Shown: positions 20,290 to 30,064 of the stretch, piece after piece
Layout: every line of letters begins with the position of its first letter
How positions within the stretch are numbered: the first letter of the stretch is position 1
IMG/VR virus record: IMGVR_UViG_3300021963_000023
Location: 124,001 to 188,000 of that record
Length of the DNA stretch: 64,000 nt
Reading direction: 5' to 3' (one strand)
Notes under the pieces: generated by a model
Told to the model about the DNA's origin: nothing
What the model saw: only the letters and a program-made list of their open reading frames with translations
Databases searched by the model: none
Made by a program: the position numbers and the translations under genes

Positions 20290-21117
20290 ATGAAAATATT
20301 ATATAAAAATATTGATCAATCTTTGGTTTTTAATCCAGAAACAGAATTTAGAACAAATGCTGGCTGGGAAGAAAATTTTGCGGAAACACAAGATGCTTTA
20401 CTTAAATCTATTATTAACCCTTCCGAAAATTATGAAACGATTAGATATATTCACGAACCATATAATGTTTCCTTATCTGGTATAACAACATTACAATGTG
20501 ATATTTGGCTTTATTTTAATTTTCTTAACGGTAGTAACACATATACAAATGGTTTAGATTATAACTTTGTTGGTATTAGCCCACAAGAAAATGCTAAATT
20601 ATTAAAACATACTGTTAATAGTTTTTTTAGATTAGAATTTTATACAACACCATATAGAGAAACACAAAAATTGGTTTTTGCTAAAAACCTATCAATTCCA
20701 TTAGGCCAAAAAGTTTTCGATAACAATATAAAGGATAGAATTTTTATTCCTGTGTTTAATGGTAACAATTATAGAAATACTGAAAATATGTATTTGTTTT
20801 GGTTCCCAGACAATACGGTTTATACTGGAACCACTTTCTACATGACAGCCAGATTCTTCAATGCTGAAGATGGAACAATTCTTAGATTTTTAAATAGAGA
20901 TTTAACAGTTAATAATTCTGGCTTAATAGACGGAACTAGAGTTGGGGTAAACTCAAACCCAGTTAATTTTTATGAGATGAATCCGAACGTTAGTACAAAC
21001 CCAGAAGAAAATGTTTACTATAGGGTCACATTCAAGAGACCCGAACACACATATATAATAATGAGAGGTCTTGGTGGTAATTGTGATTTCACAGGAGGAT
21101 ATGCAATAAAACAATAA
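20290..21117 (+). CDS. Putative virion structural protein (275 aa)
   Basis: Operon context within baseplate block. Confidence 0.55.
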   Translation: MKILYKNIDQSLVFNPETEFRTNAGWEENFAETQDALLKSIINPSENYETIRYIHEPYNVSLSGITTLQCDIWLYFNFLNGSNTYTNGLDYNFVGISPQENAKLLKHTVNSFFRLEFYTTPYRETQKLVFAKNLSIPLGQKVFDNNIKDRIFIPVFNGNNYRNTENMYLFWFPDNTVYTGTTFYMTARFFNAEDGTILRFLNRDLTVNNSGLIDGTRVGVNSNPVNFYEMNPNVSTNPEENVYYRVTFKRPEHTYIIMRGLGGNCDFTGGYAIKQ

Positions 21118-21118
21118 A

Positions 21119-22261
21119 ATGAAAAAATTAAAATACGAAATATTAAGAAAAAACATTTTAAGTGTATCCCTAATATCACTTACAAGTAAGAACTGGACGT
21201 CAAGTGAAAATGCTACTATCCCTTGGACTGGTACAACATATATTGGCCCAGCTATTGGAGATGTTGTTTATAACAACAATATCATATCACCGTTAGTTAA
21301 GGGTTATTATAAATGGAACGGAACGACCTGGGTTTTGACCACAAAACAAAATGCTTATGATGATTACAATTTACCTCTATTCTTAGAAGCAAAAGCTGAT
21401 GAATTGGGGGTGATGGTTGGTTTTGATGGTGAGATTGAACAAGCGGAACAACTGTGTAATTTTGTTTATACCGCTAATACAGGAAATACCCTTACTGTAT
21501 ATAACTCAGCTAGTAATATAAAACTAAAAAGAATTATCGACGCCACATTTAGAATTAATTGGGGTGACGGATCGGCGACTCAATCTATAGGTATTTTAAG
21601 CGGTTTAACGAAGACTTATTCAACAGCTGGTACAAAGTCCGTTTCTATAACAATGACGGCCCCATGGAAGACAGAAACGGTCACAAAAGACATTAAGTTA
21701 CCATTAACTAGTAACACACCTACAGATCTAGCTTCTTTCACATATACTGGCTCGACATTACCATATTTTAATGTTACAGGTCAGACTTATTTACAGTCTG
21801 GTAGAACCCAGAATTATAATAACAATTATGATTATTCTGGAAATTCTTTTACAGGAACAACAACATTTTTGGCTTTAGGTAAAAGTAGAAAAATTGAGAA
21901 AAAATTATATGGTGGTAACACATACAGTGGTGTTACTGGAACAACAATTGCAATTGAGGGAACAACATATAATTGTGACAAGTATGTAATAGATGGCTTA
22001 ACATACCTTGATTTATCTGATGGAACAACGTATATTACTGGCAATACAGCAACATTTTTATCAGAAGCTCAATTCACCAAAAAATTAACCAGAAATGAAC
22101 ATTACTTAGGATTTGTATCAGAACCGGTTGTTTATTCTGACATTTTTGTTGAGAGAGGAAAAATGGGAGTGTCTGAATTTAACCTAAGATTAGGAGAAAT
22201 TGATAACATAGGAGAATTAGATATCTATGGAAATGGATTTTTTCTTGTGAAAAAACAATAA
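21119..22261 (+). CDS. Putative virion structural protein with PKD-like segment
   Basis: INWGDGS...TKTYSTAGTKSVSIT is PKD-like; operon context. Confidence 0.55.
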   Translation: MKKLKYEILRKNILSVSLISLTSKNWTSSENATIPWTGTTYIGPAIGDVVYNNNIISPLVKGYYKWNGTTWVLTTKQNAYDDYNLPLFLEAKADELGVMVGFDGEIEQAEQLCNFVYTANTGNTLTVYNSASNIKLKRIIDATFRINWGDGSATQSIGILSGLTKTYSTAGTKSVSITMTAPWKTETVTKDIKLPLTSNTPTDLASFTYTGSTLPYFNVTGQTYLQSGRTQNYNNNYDYSGNSFTGTTTFLALGKSRKIEKKLYGGNTYSGVTGTTIAIEGTTYNCDKYVIDGLTYLDLSDGTTYITGNTATFLSEAQFTKKLTRNEHYLGFVSEPVVYSDIFVERGKMGVSEFNLRLGEIDNIGELDIYGNGFFLVKKQ

Positions 22262-22285
22262 AATTATATTTATAAATAAAAGAAC

Positions 22286-23200
22286 ATGGCAGTAGGAAGT
22301 TACGGAACAATAAGACCGGCAGATGTGTCCCCAGAAGATGTAGAAATTATACTTCATTATGTGGCCAATAGAGCATCAACAACAGAACCAACATTAACAA
22401 AGTTGGATTCCGCTGATATTTTAACTCCAGTTTTTCATAATTCTGGAACCGGTGGAACATCTGGTACAGAAATTTTAGGTGGTTTATACAATCTTAGACT
22501 AAATAGTGACACATTTAGCGATTTAGGAATATATACATTACACCTTAGACCGAAGCAAATTAGAACTGAAATTACCGATTGTGGTGTTTTAGCATCACTA
22601 CCATCTGTCAGAGGATTGGTTATAGATTTGGGTAATGTTTTAACTGACGATAGAAATAATTTTGTTCCACAGGGTCTTGTTGGATATAGAGTTGAATATA
22701 TTGATAAATCAAACTCAAAAAAAGTTCCTAATTTTTATAGAATTGTCACATCTTCTTTTTATTGTGAACCAGTAACAACAAATTTAACAAATAGCACACA
22801 AAAAGCTATTAGATATAGATATTCAGATGCACCTACCAATTTGGTATTTTTAACCCTTACACCGTCTTCTGCACCTAGCAATCGACCAAATGTAACACCG
22901 TTCATTGGGGAGCCATCACAAAACATTATTTTAACTAACAGTTACTTTAACCCAACAACGGTTGAAGTTGAAATGGTTGAGCATGATGCATCAACACTTG
23001 CACACGCACTTTATGGTAATCAAAGTAAGGCGTTAAATTCTGGCGTTTATACAATTTATGACAAGAATAACAGTAACGCAATTTATAAACAGTTCAATCT
23101 TTATGAGGTTAAAGATGATCTTAACGAAACTCTATATGAAATTCGCGAAGAAAAAACTGATATAGACCAAACATTAAACTTTGACGATATTACCGAATAA
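22286..23200 (+). CDS. Putative virion structural protein (304 aa)
   Basis: TATTTATA upstream; coupled to next gene. Confidence 0.55.
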   Translation: MAVGSYGTIRPADVSPEDVEIILHYVANRASTTEPTLTKLDSADILTPVFHNSGTGGTSGTEILGGLYNLRLNSDTFSDLGIYTLHLRPKQIRTEITDCGVLASLPSVRGLVIDLGNVLTDDRNNFVPQGLVGYRVEYIDKSNSKKVPNFYRIVTSSFYCEPVTTNLTNSTQKAIRYRYSDAPTNLVFLTLTPSSAPSNRPNVTPFIGEPSQNIILTNSYFNPTTVEVEMVEHDASTLAHALYGNQSKALNSGVYTIYDKNNSNAIYKQFNLYEVKDDLNETLYEIREEKTDIDQTLNFDDITE

Positions 23201-26200
23201 TGGCAACAAAAAAAGTACCAAGTCAGGCTGCTAGTGGTTTCGAAACTTTTAGCGACAGTATTGTTGGAAGACAAATTACTGACGGTACTAGTCAATTAAC
23301 TAATACCAATTTTGCTCTAGATAGAGTTATTCCTGAAAAAGATGCGAAAAGTTTTAAAACGGCACCATTTTCTGATTTTCTTACATTAGAAGATCTTAAA
23401 ATAGAAAATGACGTTCCAACGACTGTCAAACAATCTAGTGGAGAAAAAAGACCAATAAGATTCAACCCAAATAAAACGGAGGGTTCAAAATCTTTATTTG
23501 GATCTCTTAGAGAACGTATTAGGGTATCGGTTGGTAGAATTCTTAAAAACTATCCAGCTGCAATTTATGTTGATTCAAGTGGTTTATCATCAACGTCAGA
23601 TTATTCAGCTGAAAATATTGTTTTTAATGCAACAAGTAATAAAACAACTTTTAATGTTAAATCAAGTAAATTCTTTAATCCATTTGATATAGTTTTATCT
23701 AAACCAACAGCAAATGATTTATTAACAGTTGATAACACAATTAGAAATTTATTCTCATCATATAACAAATATTCAATTATTATAAATGGTGAGGCATATA
23801 ATGTTTCAAAATATAGTGAGCCAACAACAAATAATATAATATCATTAGAAGTTTATGGGAAACCATTTACTGGTTCAACATATTCTACTAGCTATATTAT
23901 TAGACCAAACGATGCTGTTGTTGAAGAGTTTTATCTTGGGTTAGATGACTTAGAACAAACATTATTAAACAGGGATACATATCCAATATTTCAAGCATCA
24001 TTTAAAGTACCTAGAACTAGTTTAGATGAAACAAGAACAGACTTAATTAACGTTCTTGTTGAATGGCCAGTTTCTAATGATGGATGGAATCCACAAACAA
24101 CAGGTTTAAAATTTGATGCATATATAACTAGATTAAATGATCTTGCAACAGAAATTGATGATTATAAATCAAATTTAGTAACAAGATTTTTAGTTGCACC
24201 ACAATTATTTGAATTTGATACAGAAGATCAAAAAGTTGATAAAATTTTTCAACTATATGGTCAAAGTTTTGACAAGGTTAAATCCTTTATTGACAATATT
24301 GCATACATGAGAAATGTGTCATATGATTCAATAAACAATATACCAGATGTTTTTCTTAAAAATTTAGCAAATACATTAGGTTTAAATACCATTAATTTAT
24401 TTGATCAAAAAACATTAGAAGAACAAATATACAAAGCGTCTAAATCGGTTTATAACGGTTCATCAATCGGTAAAAACTTAGTGGATGGTGAATTAGAATT
24501 TTATAGAAGATTATTAGTTAATCTTGCTTTTATATATAAATCAAAAGGAACAAGAAGTAGTATTGAATTTTTCTTAAAATTCATTGGTGCTCCAGATCCT
24601 ATGGTTAAGATTAATGAGTACGTATACAATGTAAAAACTGCTCTTTCAAAAACATCAGTTGAAGATGATATCTTTAATGTTATCAATAATGTTGCTGTAA
24701 CCAATAAGGTAACATTTAATTCAACAACATATAAGTATAATTTAAGCGCTGCCACTGGGTTAACAAGTTTTAGTAATACTACTGACTACCCAATAGATAG
24801 TGACACTTATTTACCAAAAACACCAACAACAAATCAGGATAATATATTTTTCCAAATGGGTTCTGGTTGGCATAATGTTAGTTTAGATCACAGATCTTCA
24901 GATATTATAGATACGGATAGTTCTAAAGGTACCTTTGTGGATGGTGAATTTATATTAACAGGTAGAACAAAAACAATATTAACCAAATCAAAACCATATT
25001 CTTATGGTGAAGAGTTTTTTGATATATACAGAACTTTTCCTGGTTTAGATTATGGATATACATTAGAAAGTAAGATTGATAATGTTAAAAGTCAGGTTGT
25101 TGATGATTTAACTGGAACTGGATTAGTTTTAAATAGAAAAAATATTAGTGTATTTGTTAGCCCAGCTAACGCAAGTAACTATGACATTTGGAGAAAATCA
25201 AGAGAATTAGAAGTAGTATTTGGAAATAATAGTTTAGAGGTACAGAGTGAAATAAGTTTTGCAGAATATCTTGATAATACTTTTTCAACACAAGTAATCA
25301 ATTCAAATTTAGTAAAATATAAGAAAAATTATATTCATCTAGAAGATGTATATCAAGATTATATTAATCAATTGGTATCTTCTGGATATACACCATATGA
25401 TTTTATTGATTCAACAGACTTTGTTAATCAAATGAGCCCTTATTGGTCAAATGTTTTAGAACAAATAATACCAGCAACCACATTATGGATGGGTGGTAAC
25501 TTGATTGAAAACAACATATTTGCAAGACCCAAATATGCATATAGAAAACCATGTAAACCAATTGAAATAATTGAAAATCTTTATCCAAATTTTGAAACAT
25601 TTATTGAAGAAGATTTGGAAACTATTGTGGGTGATCCAAATAATCTTAGAGGTTTAATATATTTTACTGGCGTTACGTTTACATTAAAAATGGACATTGA
25701 TGGTATTGAATATAGTGGCACAACATCTCAAGTTAAAATAACCGGAAATACCTTGTTTGATACTGGGTATACTGCAACCAATAGTTGTGGTGTTTTGGCG
25801 AGTTCATCAACAACAATACCATTAATTTGTGATTATAAAAATTGGATTAAATTAAATTTAACAACAACTAAGAATCTTTGGAAAACGGCCGTTATTAATT
25901 TAGTTAATAAAATCAATTCAACATATAACGAACCTATTGCGGGCCACATACCAACTGTATCACCATATAGTGGTGTTACTTATGGTTGTACTTCACTTCC
26001 TGGTGGTTGTAATGGTTATACACAATTAATATCATATGAGTTTTTTACAGATAATGATGGTATTGAAAAGGTTAAATTTATTGCACATAGTAATTCGGAC
26101 TGTTCAGAAAAAAGATATTTAGATTTTTATTTTGATGCAAAATATGATTATAGCGATCCAAGGTGTAGCTTAGATATTGAATTTACAACAGTTTGTCCTG

Positions 26201-28047
26201 ACGGTGTTAATTATCCGGTTTATACTGGATCTACAGCATGTAAATTAAAATCTGATGTTATAGTTAATATTACGGGTGCAACTATTCAATCTGGGGAAAC
26301 TTACGATTGGGGAATTTATATTCAAAGAAGAGGTATTCCTGGAATAAACTCTTATAATGGTTATCATCCAACATATAGTGATACAACTTTAGCCAAGGTT
26401 AGTGGAACAACATGTCAATTTAAAATATCTAATGTTTACGAAGATGAAGAAATTGATTTATTATTTACTGACGCCGCTAACTGTGATAAAAAAATTAAAA
26501 TAAAAGGTTTAGCATTACAATATGTTGAGTTTCCAACAGAGTCACCAGATCAACCAACAGTAATTAATACCGGATTTACAATACATCCAAAAATACAATA
26601 TAGAAATTCATATAACTATGGATTAAAACATGATACAAAAGTATTGGTTGTAAGTGGTGCAACAATTAACGGATCAACAACCTCTGCTAATATTCAGACT
26701 TATATTAGTGCTGGAACATTAGTTAAAAAAGATGTTAAAGATTTAGTTGCTGGAAACGTTATTGTTTCTGCAACTTATTCATCTTGTTCAACACTATCAA
26801 GTACTTCATTTGAAATTGCTAAATTGAATAATAATTATTCATTCTCATATTCTTATACAACATATACAATATCTGATATTGACTTTTTAGGATCAGTTAA
26901 AACCAGTGTTATTAGTGGAAGAACCGTTAGTGGTACAACAATAGTATTTGAAGTTTTACCAACAACTAAATTTAGAATTTACACAAATAAAAACGTTAAT
27001 GAAACCACAGGATTAATAACAAAAAGAAGTGGCTACGCATTTGACAATAGATCACCAGAATTTTTACAAATTAAACCAGAGACGCCAATTGAACCATGTT
27101 GTGATTATCCTTCAGATTATTATGATACTGGTGATTATATTATAACAGAGAAGGGCCAACTTATTGAAGTTATTTCGGTTGATTTAAATTACTGTGATAT
27201 CAATATGTATTATAACATAAACATCACTACTGCAACATCAACTAGCCCAACTAATTTAATTACATTTAATGGTAATTCAAATTATTTAGCATTAGTTGAA
27301 CATCAATATATTGGATTTAATAGATTGGATGCATCATTACAACAATACTATGTTGATAATGTTTGTTGTACAGAAACACCATCAATTGCTTCATTAGAAA
27401 GAAATTATTCAAACTTATGTAGTGGAAACAACGCATATAATTGTGTTGGTTCATATCCAATTATAACACCAGCACCAACAAGAACACCAAACCCAACACC
27501 AACACCTAGTCCATCGGGAACGCCTGGGCCAACACCAACAAGAACCCCAACACCAACACCAAGCGCTAGTTCAACTCCAACACCAACACCAAGTTCTTCT
27601 CCAACCCCAACCCCATCGGTTACGGCAGCGGGTGACTTCTGTGCTGATATTGTGTTTACTGGACCGACAGCAACTCCAACAGCAACTGCAAATTTATTAT
27701 TTAGAATTAATTGGTCTATTAAGGGTGGCTCGTCTTCTGGTTTAGAAATTCTATCAGTATCCTCCGCAGTATTATTAAGTGAATCTTCATCAGGGGTTGA
27801 TAGAACTGGGTTTATCGATGTTACCCTATCAGATTTACCGTATACTGTAACTGGTAGGTGGAATAGTGGTTCGGGTAATATTGTAAGATATAATATTTGT
27901 GATATTACAAACGGAGGAGAAATATTCACCAGTAGTGCAATTAACAATATGAATATGGAAGAATCACACACGGTTTCTCCAACACCATATGAAATAAAAG
28001 TTAGTGTTGTAGGACAAAATAACACACCTATGTCATGCCCAATATAA
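23200..28047 (+). CDS. Large baseplate wedge/tail protein (gp7 / P2 gpI-like core) with degenerate Hint-like domain and C-terminal Pro/Thr linker
   Basis: IPDVFLKNLANTLG...YRRLLVNLAFIYKSKGTRSSIEFFLKFIG is the P2 gpI/gp7-type KGT motif; Hint-like blocks at aa 1141-1369; PT repeats near C-terminus. Confidence 0.6.
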   Translation: MATKKVPSQAASGFETFSDSIVGRQITDGTSQLTNTNFALDRVIPEKDAKSFKTAPFSDFLTLEDLKIENDVPTTVKQSSGEKRPIRFNPNKTEGSKSLFGSLRERIRVSVGRILKNYPAAIYVDSSGLSSTSDYSAENIVFNATSNKTTFNVKSSKFFNPFDIVLSKPTANDLLTVDNTIRNLFSSYNKYSIIINGEAYNVSKYSEPTTNNIISLEVYGKPFTGSTYSTSYIIRPNDAVVEEFYLGLDDLEQTLLNRDTYPIFQASFKVPRTSLDETRTDLINVLVEWPVSNDGWNPQTTGLKFDAYITRLNDLATEIDDYKSNLVTRFLVAPQLFEFDTEDQKVDKIFQLYGQSFDKVKSFIDNIAYMRNVSYDSINNIPDVFLKNLANTLGLNTINLFDQKTLEEQIYKASKSVYNGSSIGKNLVDGELEFYRRLLVNLAFIYKSKGTRSSIEFFLKFIGAPDPMVKINEYVYNVKTALSKTSVEDDIFNVINNVAVTNKVTFNSTTYKYNLSAATGLTSFSNTTDYPIDSDTYLPKTPTTNQDNIFFQMGSGWHNVSLDHRSSDIIDTDSSKGTFVDGEFILTGRTKTILTKSKPYSYGEEFFDIYRTFPGLDYGYTLESKIDNVKSQVVDDLTGTGLVLNRKNISVFVSPANASNYDIWRKSRELEVVFGNNSLEVQSEISFAEYLDNTFSTQVINSNLVKYKKNYIHLEDVYQDYINQLVSSGYTPYDFIDSTDFVNQMSPYWSNVLEQIIPATTLWMGGNLIENNIFARPKYAYRKPCKPIEIIENLYPNFETFIEEDLETIVGDPNNLRGLIYFTGVTFTLKMDIDGIEYSGTTSQVKITGNTLFDTGYTATNSCGVLASSSTTIPLICDYKNWIKLNLTTTKNLWKTAVINLVNKINSTYNEPIAGHIPTVSPYSGVTYGCTSLPGGCNGYTQLISYEFFTDNDGIEKVKFIAHSNSDCSEKRYLDFYFDAKYDYSDPRCSLDIEFTTVCPDGVNYPVYTGSTACKLKSDVIVNITGATIQSGETYDWGIYIQRRGIPGINSYNGYHPTYSDTTLAKVSGTTCQFKISNVYEDEEIDLLFTDAANCDKKIKIKGLALQYVEFPTESPDQPTVINTGFTIHPKIQYRNSYNYGLKHDTKVLVVSGATINGSTTSANIQTYISAGTLVKKDVKDLVAGNVIVSATYSSCSTLSSTSFEIAKLNNNYSFSYSYTTYTISDIDFLGSVKTSVISGRTVSGTTIVFEVLPTTKFRIYTNKNVNETTGLITKRSGYAFDNRSPEFLQIKPETPIEPCCDYPSDYYDTGDYIITEKGQLIEVISVDLNYCDINMYYNINITTATSTSPTNLITFNGNSNYLALVEHQYIGFNRLDASLQQYYVDNVCCTETPSIASLERNYSNLCSGNNAYNCVGSYPIITPAPTRTPNPTPTPSPSGTPGPTPTRTPTPTPSASSTPTPTPSSSPTPTPSVTAAGDFCADIVFTGPTATPTATANLLFRINWSIKGGSSSGLEILSVSSAVLLSESSSGVDRTGFIDVTLSDLPYTVTGRWNSGSGNIVRYNICDITNGGEIFTSSAINNMNMEESHTVSPTPYEIKVSVVGQNNTPMSCPI

Positions 28048-28062
28048 AATTAAAATAAATAA

Positions 28063-29772
28063 ATGTTAACAACCTTTACATATAGCGGGCATTATAACGG
28101 AAAACCTTCATGGCAAGGTAGTCTAAGCGGCGTTACATGTAATGTAAGATGGAATGGTACTGATTATTGGACAATAACATCGTGGCCATATGGTGGTGAA
28201 CCCAAGAATTATACAACAACAAATTCTCCGAGCAGTGGTTGGGTTATTAGTGGAACTACTAGTGTTAGTTCAATTACCCTTAATTTAGGTAGTTGTCCAC
28301 TACCACCTACTTCTACACCAACAAGAACACCAACACCAACACCATCGTCAAGTCCAACACCAACTCCAAGTGTGACACCTAATTGTAATTTCGGTGTGGG
28401 AGTAGTTGTATTAACAGCAACACCAACACCAACACCATCCGCAACTCCAAACTGTAATTTCGGTGTGGGAGTAGTTGTATTAACAGCAACACCAACGCCA
28501 ACAATAAGTCCTTCAACAACACCTAGTCCAACACCATCTGCTACACCTAATTGTAATTTTGGTGTGGGGGTAGTGGTATTAACTGCAACACCAACGCCAA
28601 CCCCGTCATCAAGCAGTACACCAACACCAACACCATCTGCCACACCTAATTGTAATTTTAATGTGGGGGTTTTTGTTGCAACTCCAACTCCAACAGCTAG
28701 TAACTCACCAAGTCCAACCCCTAGTACAACACCTAGTCCAACACCATCTGCTACACCTAATTGTGATTTTAATGTTGGTGTGATTGTATTAACAGCAACC
28801 CCAACTCCGTCAGCAAGTTCAACACCAATTCCTACTCCAACACCATCATCAAGCAGTACTCCGACTCCAACACCATCCGCAACTCCAAATTGTGATTTTG
28901 GTGTGGGTGTGATTGTATTAACCGCAACACCAACCCCAAGTGCTACACCATCACCAACTCCTAGTACTACACCAAGTCCTAGTGCAACACCATCACCAAC
29001 TCCGAGCGCAACTCCTAATTGCGATTTTGGAGTAGATATACTTGTTTTAACGGCAACGCCAACACCAACACAATCAGCAACACCAAATCCAACACCGAGT
29101 CCTAGCCCATCATCAACACCGGAACCAACACCATCCGCAACAGCAAATTGTGATTTTAATGTTGATGTATTTGTGGCAACACCTACACCAACAGCAACTA
29201 TTGCGCCAACACCAACACCGTCGTCGACACCATTCCCAACAAGTACACCAACAACAACACCTAGTCCAACACCAACAACAACTGTTGATTGTGCTTTGGA
29301 TACAACAGTTAATCCAGAGTTAACTGAGGTGGTAAACTGTTTAGCTAGTATGGAATTTATTGTTCAATACAGCCCAACTTTGGGGCCATGCCCTGGTGGT
29401 CATCAATGTAATGCCGCAACATTTTACTTAAGAGGTAATAACGTTACAATTGGTACAGTTTATTTAAGTAATAATGGATTTACCGATCAGCTTAATTACC
29501 CACCTGGAATTACTAGTGGCTTAGCTAGATATAATTCATTAACATTAACAACACAACAAGCTCAAAATATTGCTGCATCGTCAACTGGTGGTAACATAAG
29601 TTTCTCACTTGTTTGTGCAACACCAATAAATGTAAACTATGGTTATGGTTTTGGAGGTTGCCACACAAACGTAACTTGGATTACATTAAAACTTAATAAT
29701 GAAACAATCTATAGTGGTTGTCCAAATAATAATTTCTTAACTATAAACCCATGTACTGGGGTAATATCATAA
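28063..29772 (+). CDS. Mucin-like Pro/Thr-rich fibre/decoration protein with Cys-containing beta repeats
   Basis: 569 aa; 8 clear ATPNC(N/D)F(G/N)V.V.V(LT)ATPTP units separated by PT/PS linkers; Cys-rich C-terminal domain. Confidence 0.7.
   Translation: MLTTFTYSGHYNGKPSWQGSLSGVTCNVRWNGTDYWTITSWPYGGEPKNYTTTNSPSSGWVISGTTSVSSITLNLGSCPLPPTSTPTRTPTPTPSSSPTPTPSVTPNCNFGVGVVVLTATPTPTPSATPNCNFGVGVVVLTATPTPTISPSTTPSPTPSATPNCNFGVGVVVLTATPTPTPSSSSTPTPTPSATPNCNFNVGVFVATPTPTASNSPSPTPSTTPSPTPSATPNCDFNVGVIVLTATPTPSASSTPIPTPTPSSSSTPTPTPSATPNCDFGVGVIVLTATPTPSATPSPTPSTTPSPSATPSPTPSATPNCDFGVDILVLTATPTPTQSATPNPTPSPSPSSTPEPTPSATANCDFNVDVFVATPTPTATIAPTPTPSSTPFPTSTPTTTPSPTPTTTVDCALDTTVNPELTEVVNCLASMEFIVQYSPTLGPCPGGHQCNAATFYLRGNNVTIGTVYLSNNGFTDQLNYPPGITSGLARYNSLTLTTQQAQNIAASSTGGNISFSLVCATPINVNYGYGFGGCHTNVTWITLKLNNETIYSGCPNNNFLTINPCTGVIS
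28381..29310 (+). repeat. In-frame coding direct repeats (NC(N/D)FxVxVxV unit)
   Basis: Units start at 28381, 28450, 28549, 28648, 28759, 28888, 29017, 29146 and (degenerate) 29287; all spacings are multiples of 3. Confidence 0.9.
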
Positions 29773-29773
29773 T

Positions 29774-30052
29774 ATGGAAGTAATAATAACAAATAAAATT
29801 TTAACATATACAAATAACAATTATACCATTGATATAAATGATTTATTTACATTAAATAATACTATGGTTATGGTTAAAGAACTATTTACTTTAAACGATG
29901 AAATGTATATTAGCTATATTGATGATCAAGGTAATGGTTTGTTAATCGAGAAAGCAAATGATTTTATCGAAAATAATAAAAACTATTTTAATAGTGTAAC
30001 AAAATCGTTAATCACAACAAATAATGAATCAAATTGTGGTTGTGGTTGCTAA
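29774..30052 (+). CDS. Small hypothetical protein ending in NCGCGC
   Basis: 92-aa ATG ORF packed between fibre genes. Confidence 0.7.
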   Translation: MEVIITNKILTYTNNNYTIDINDLFTLNNTMVMVKELFTLNDEMYISYIDDQGNGLLIEKANDFIENNKNYFNSVTKSLITTNNESNCGCGC

Positions 30053-30064
30053 AAATAAATAATA

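Noticed and set aside
28381-29310. ~45-bp direct repeats with variable spacers resembling a CRISPR array
   Set aside because: Repeats are degenerate at third codon positions, all spacings are multiples of 3, spacers are Pro/Thr codons, and they lie in frame within a CDS; no cas genes.
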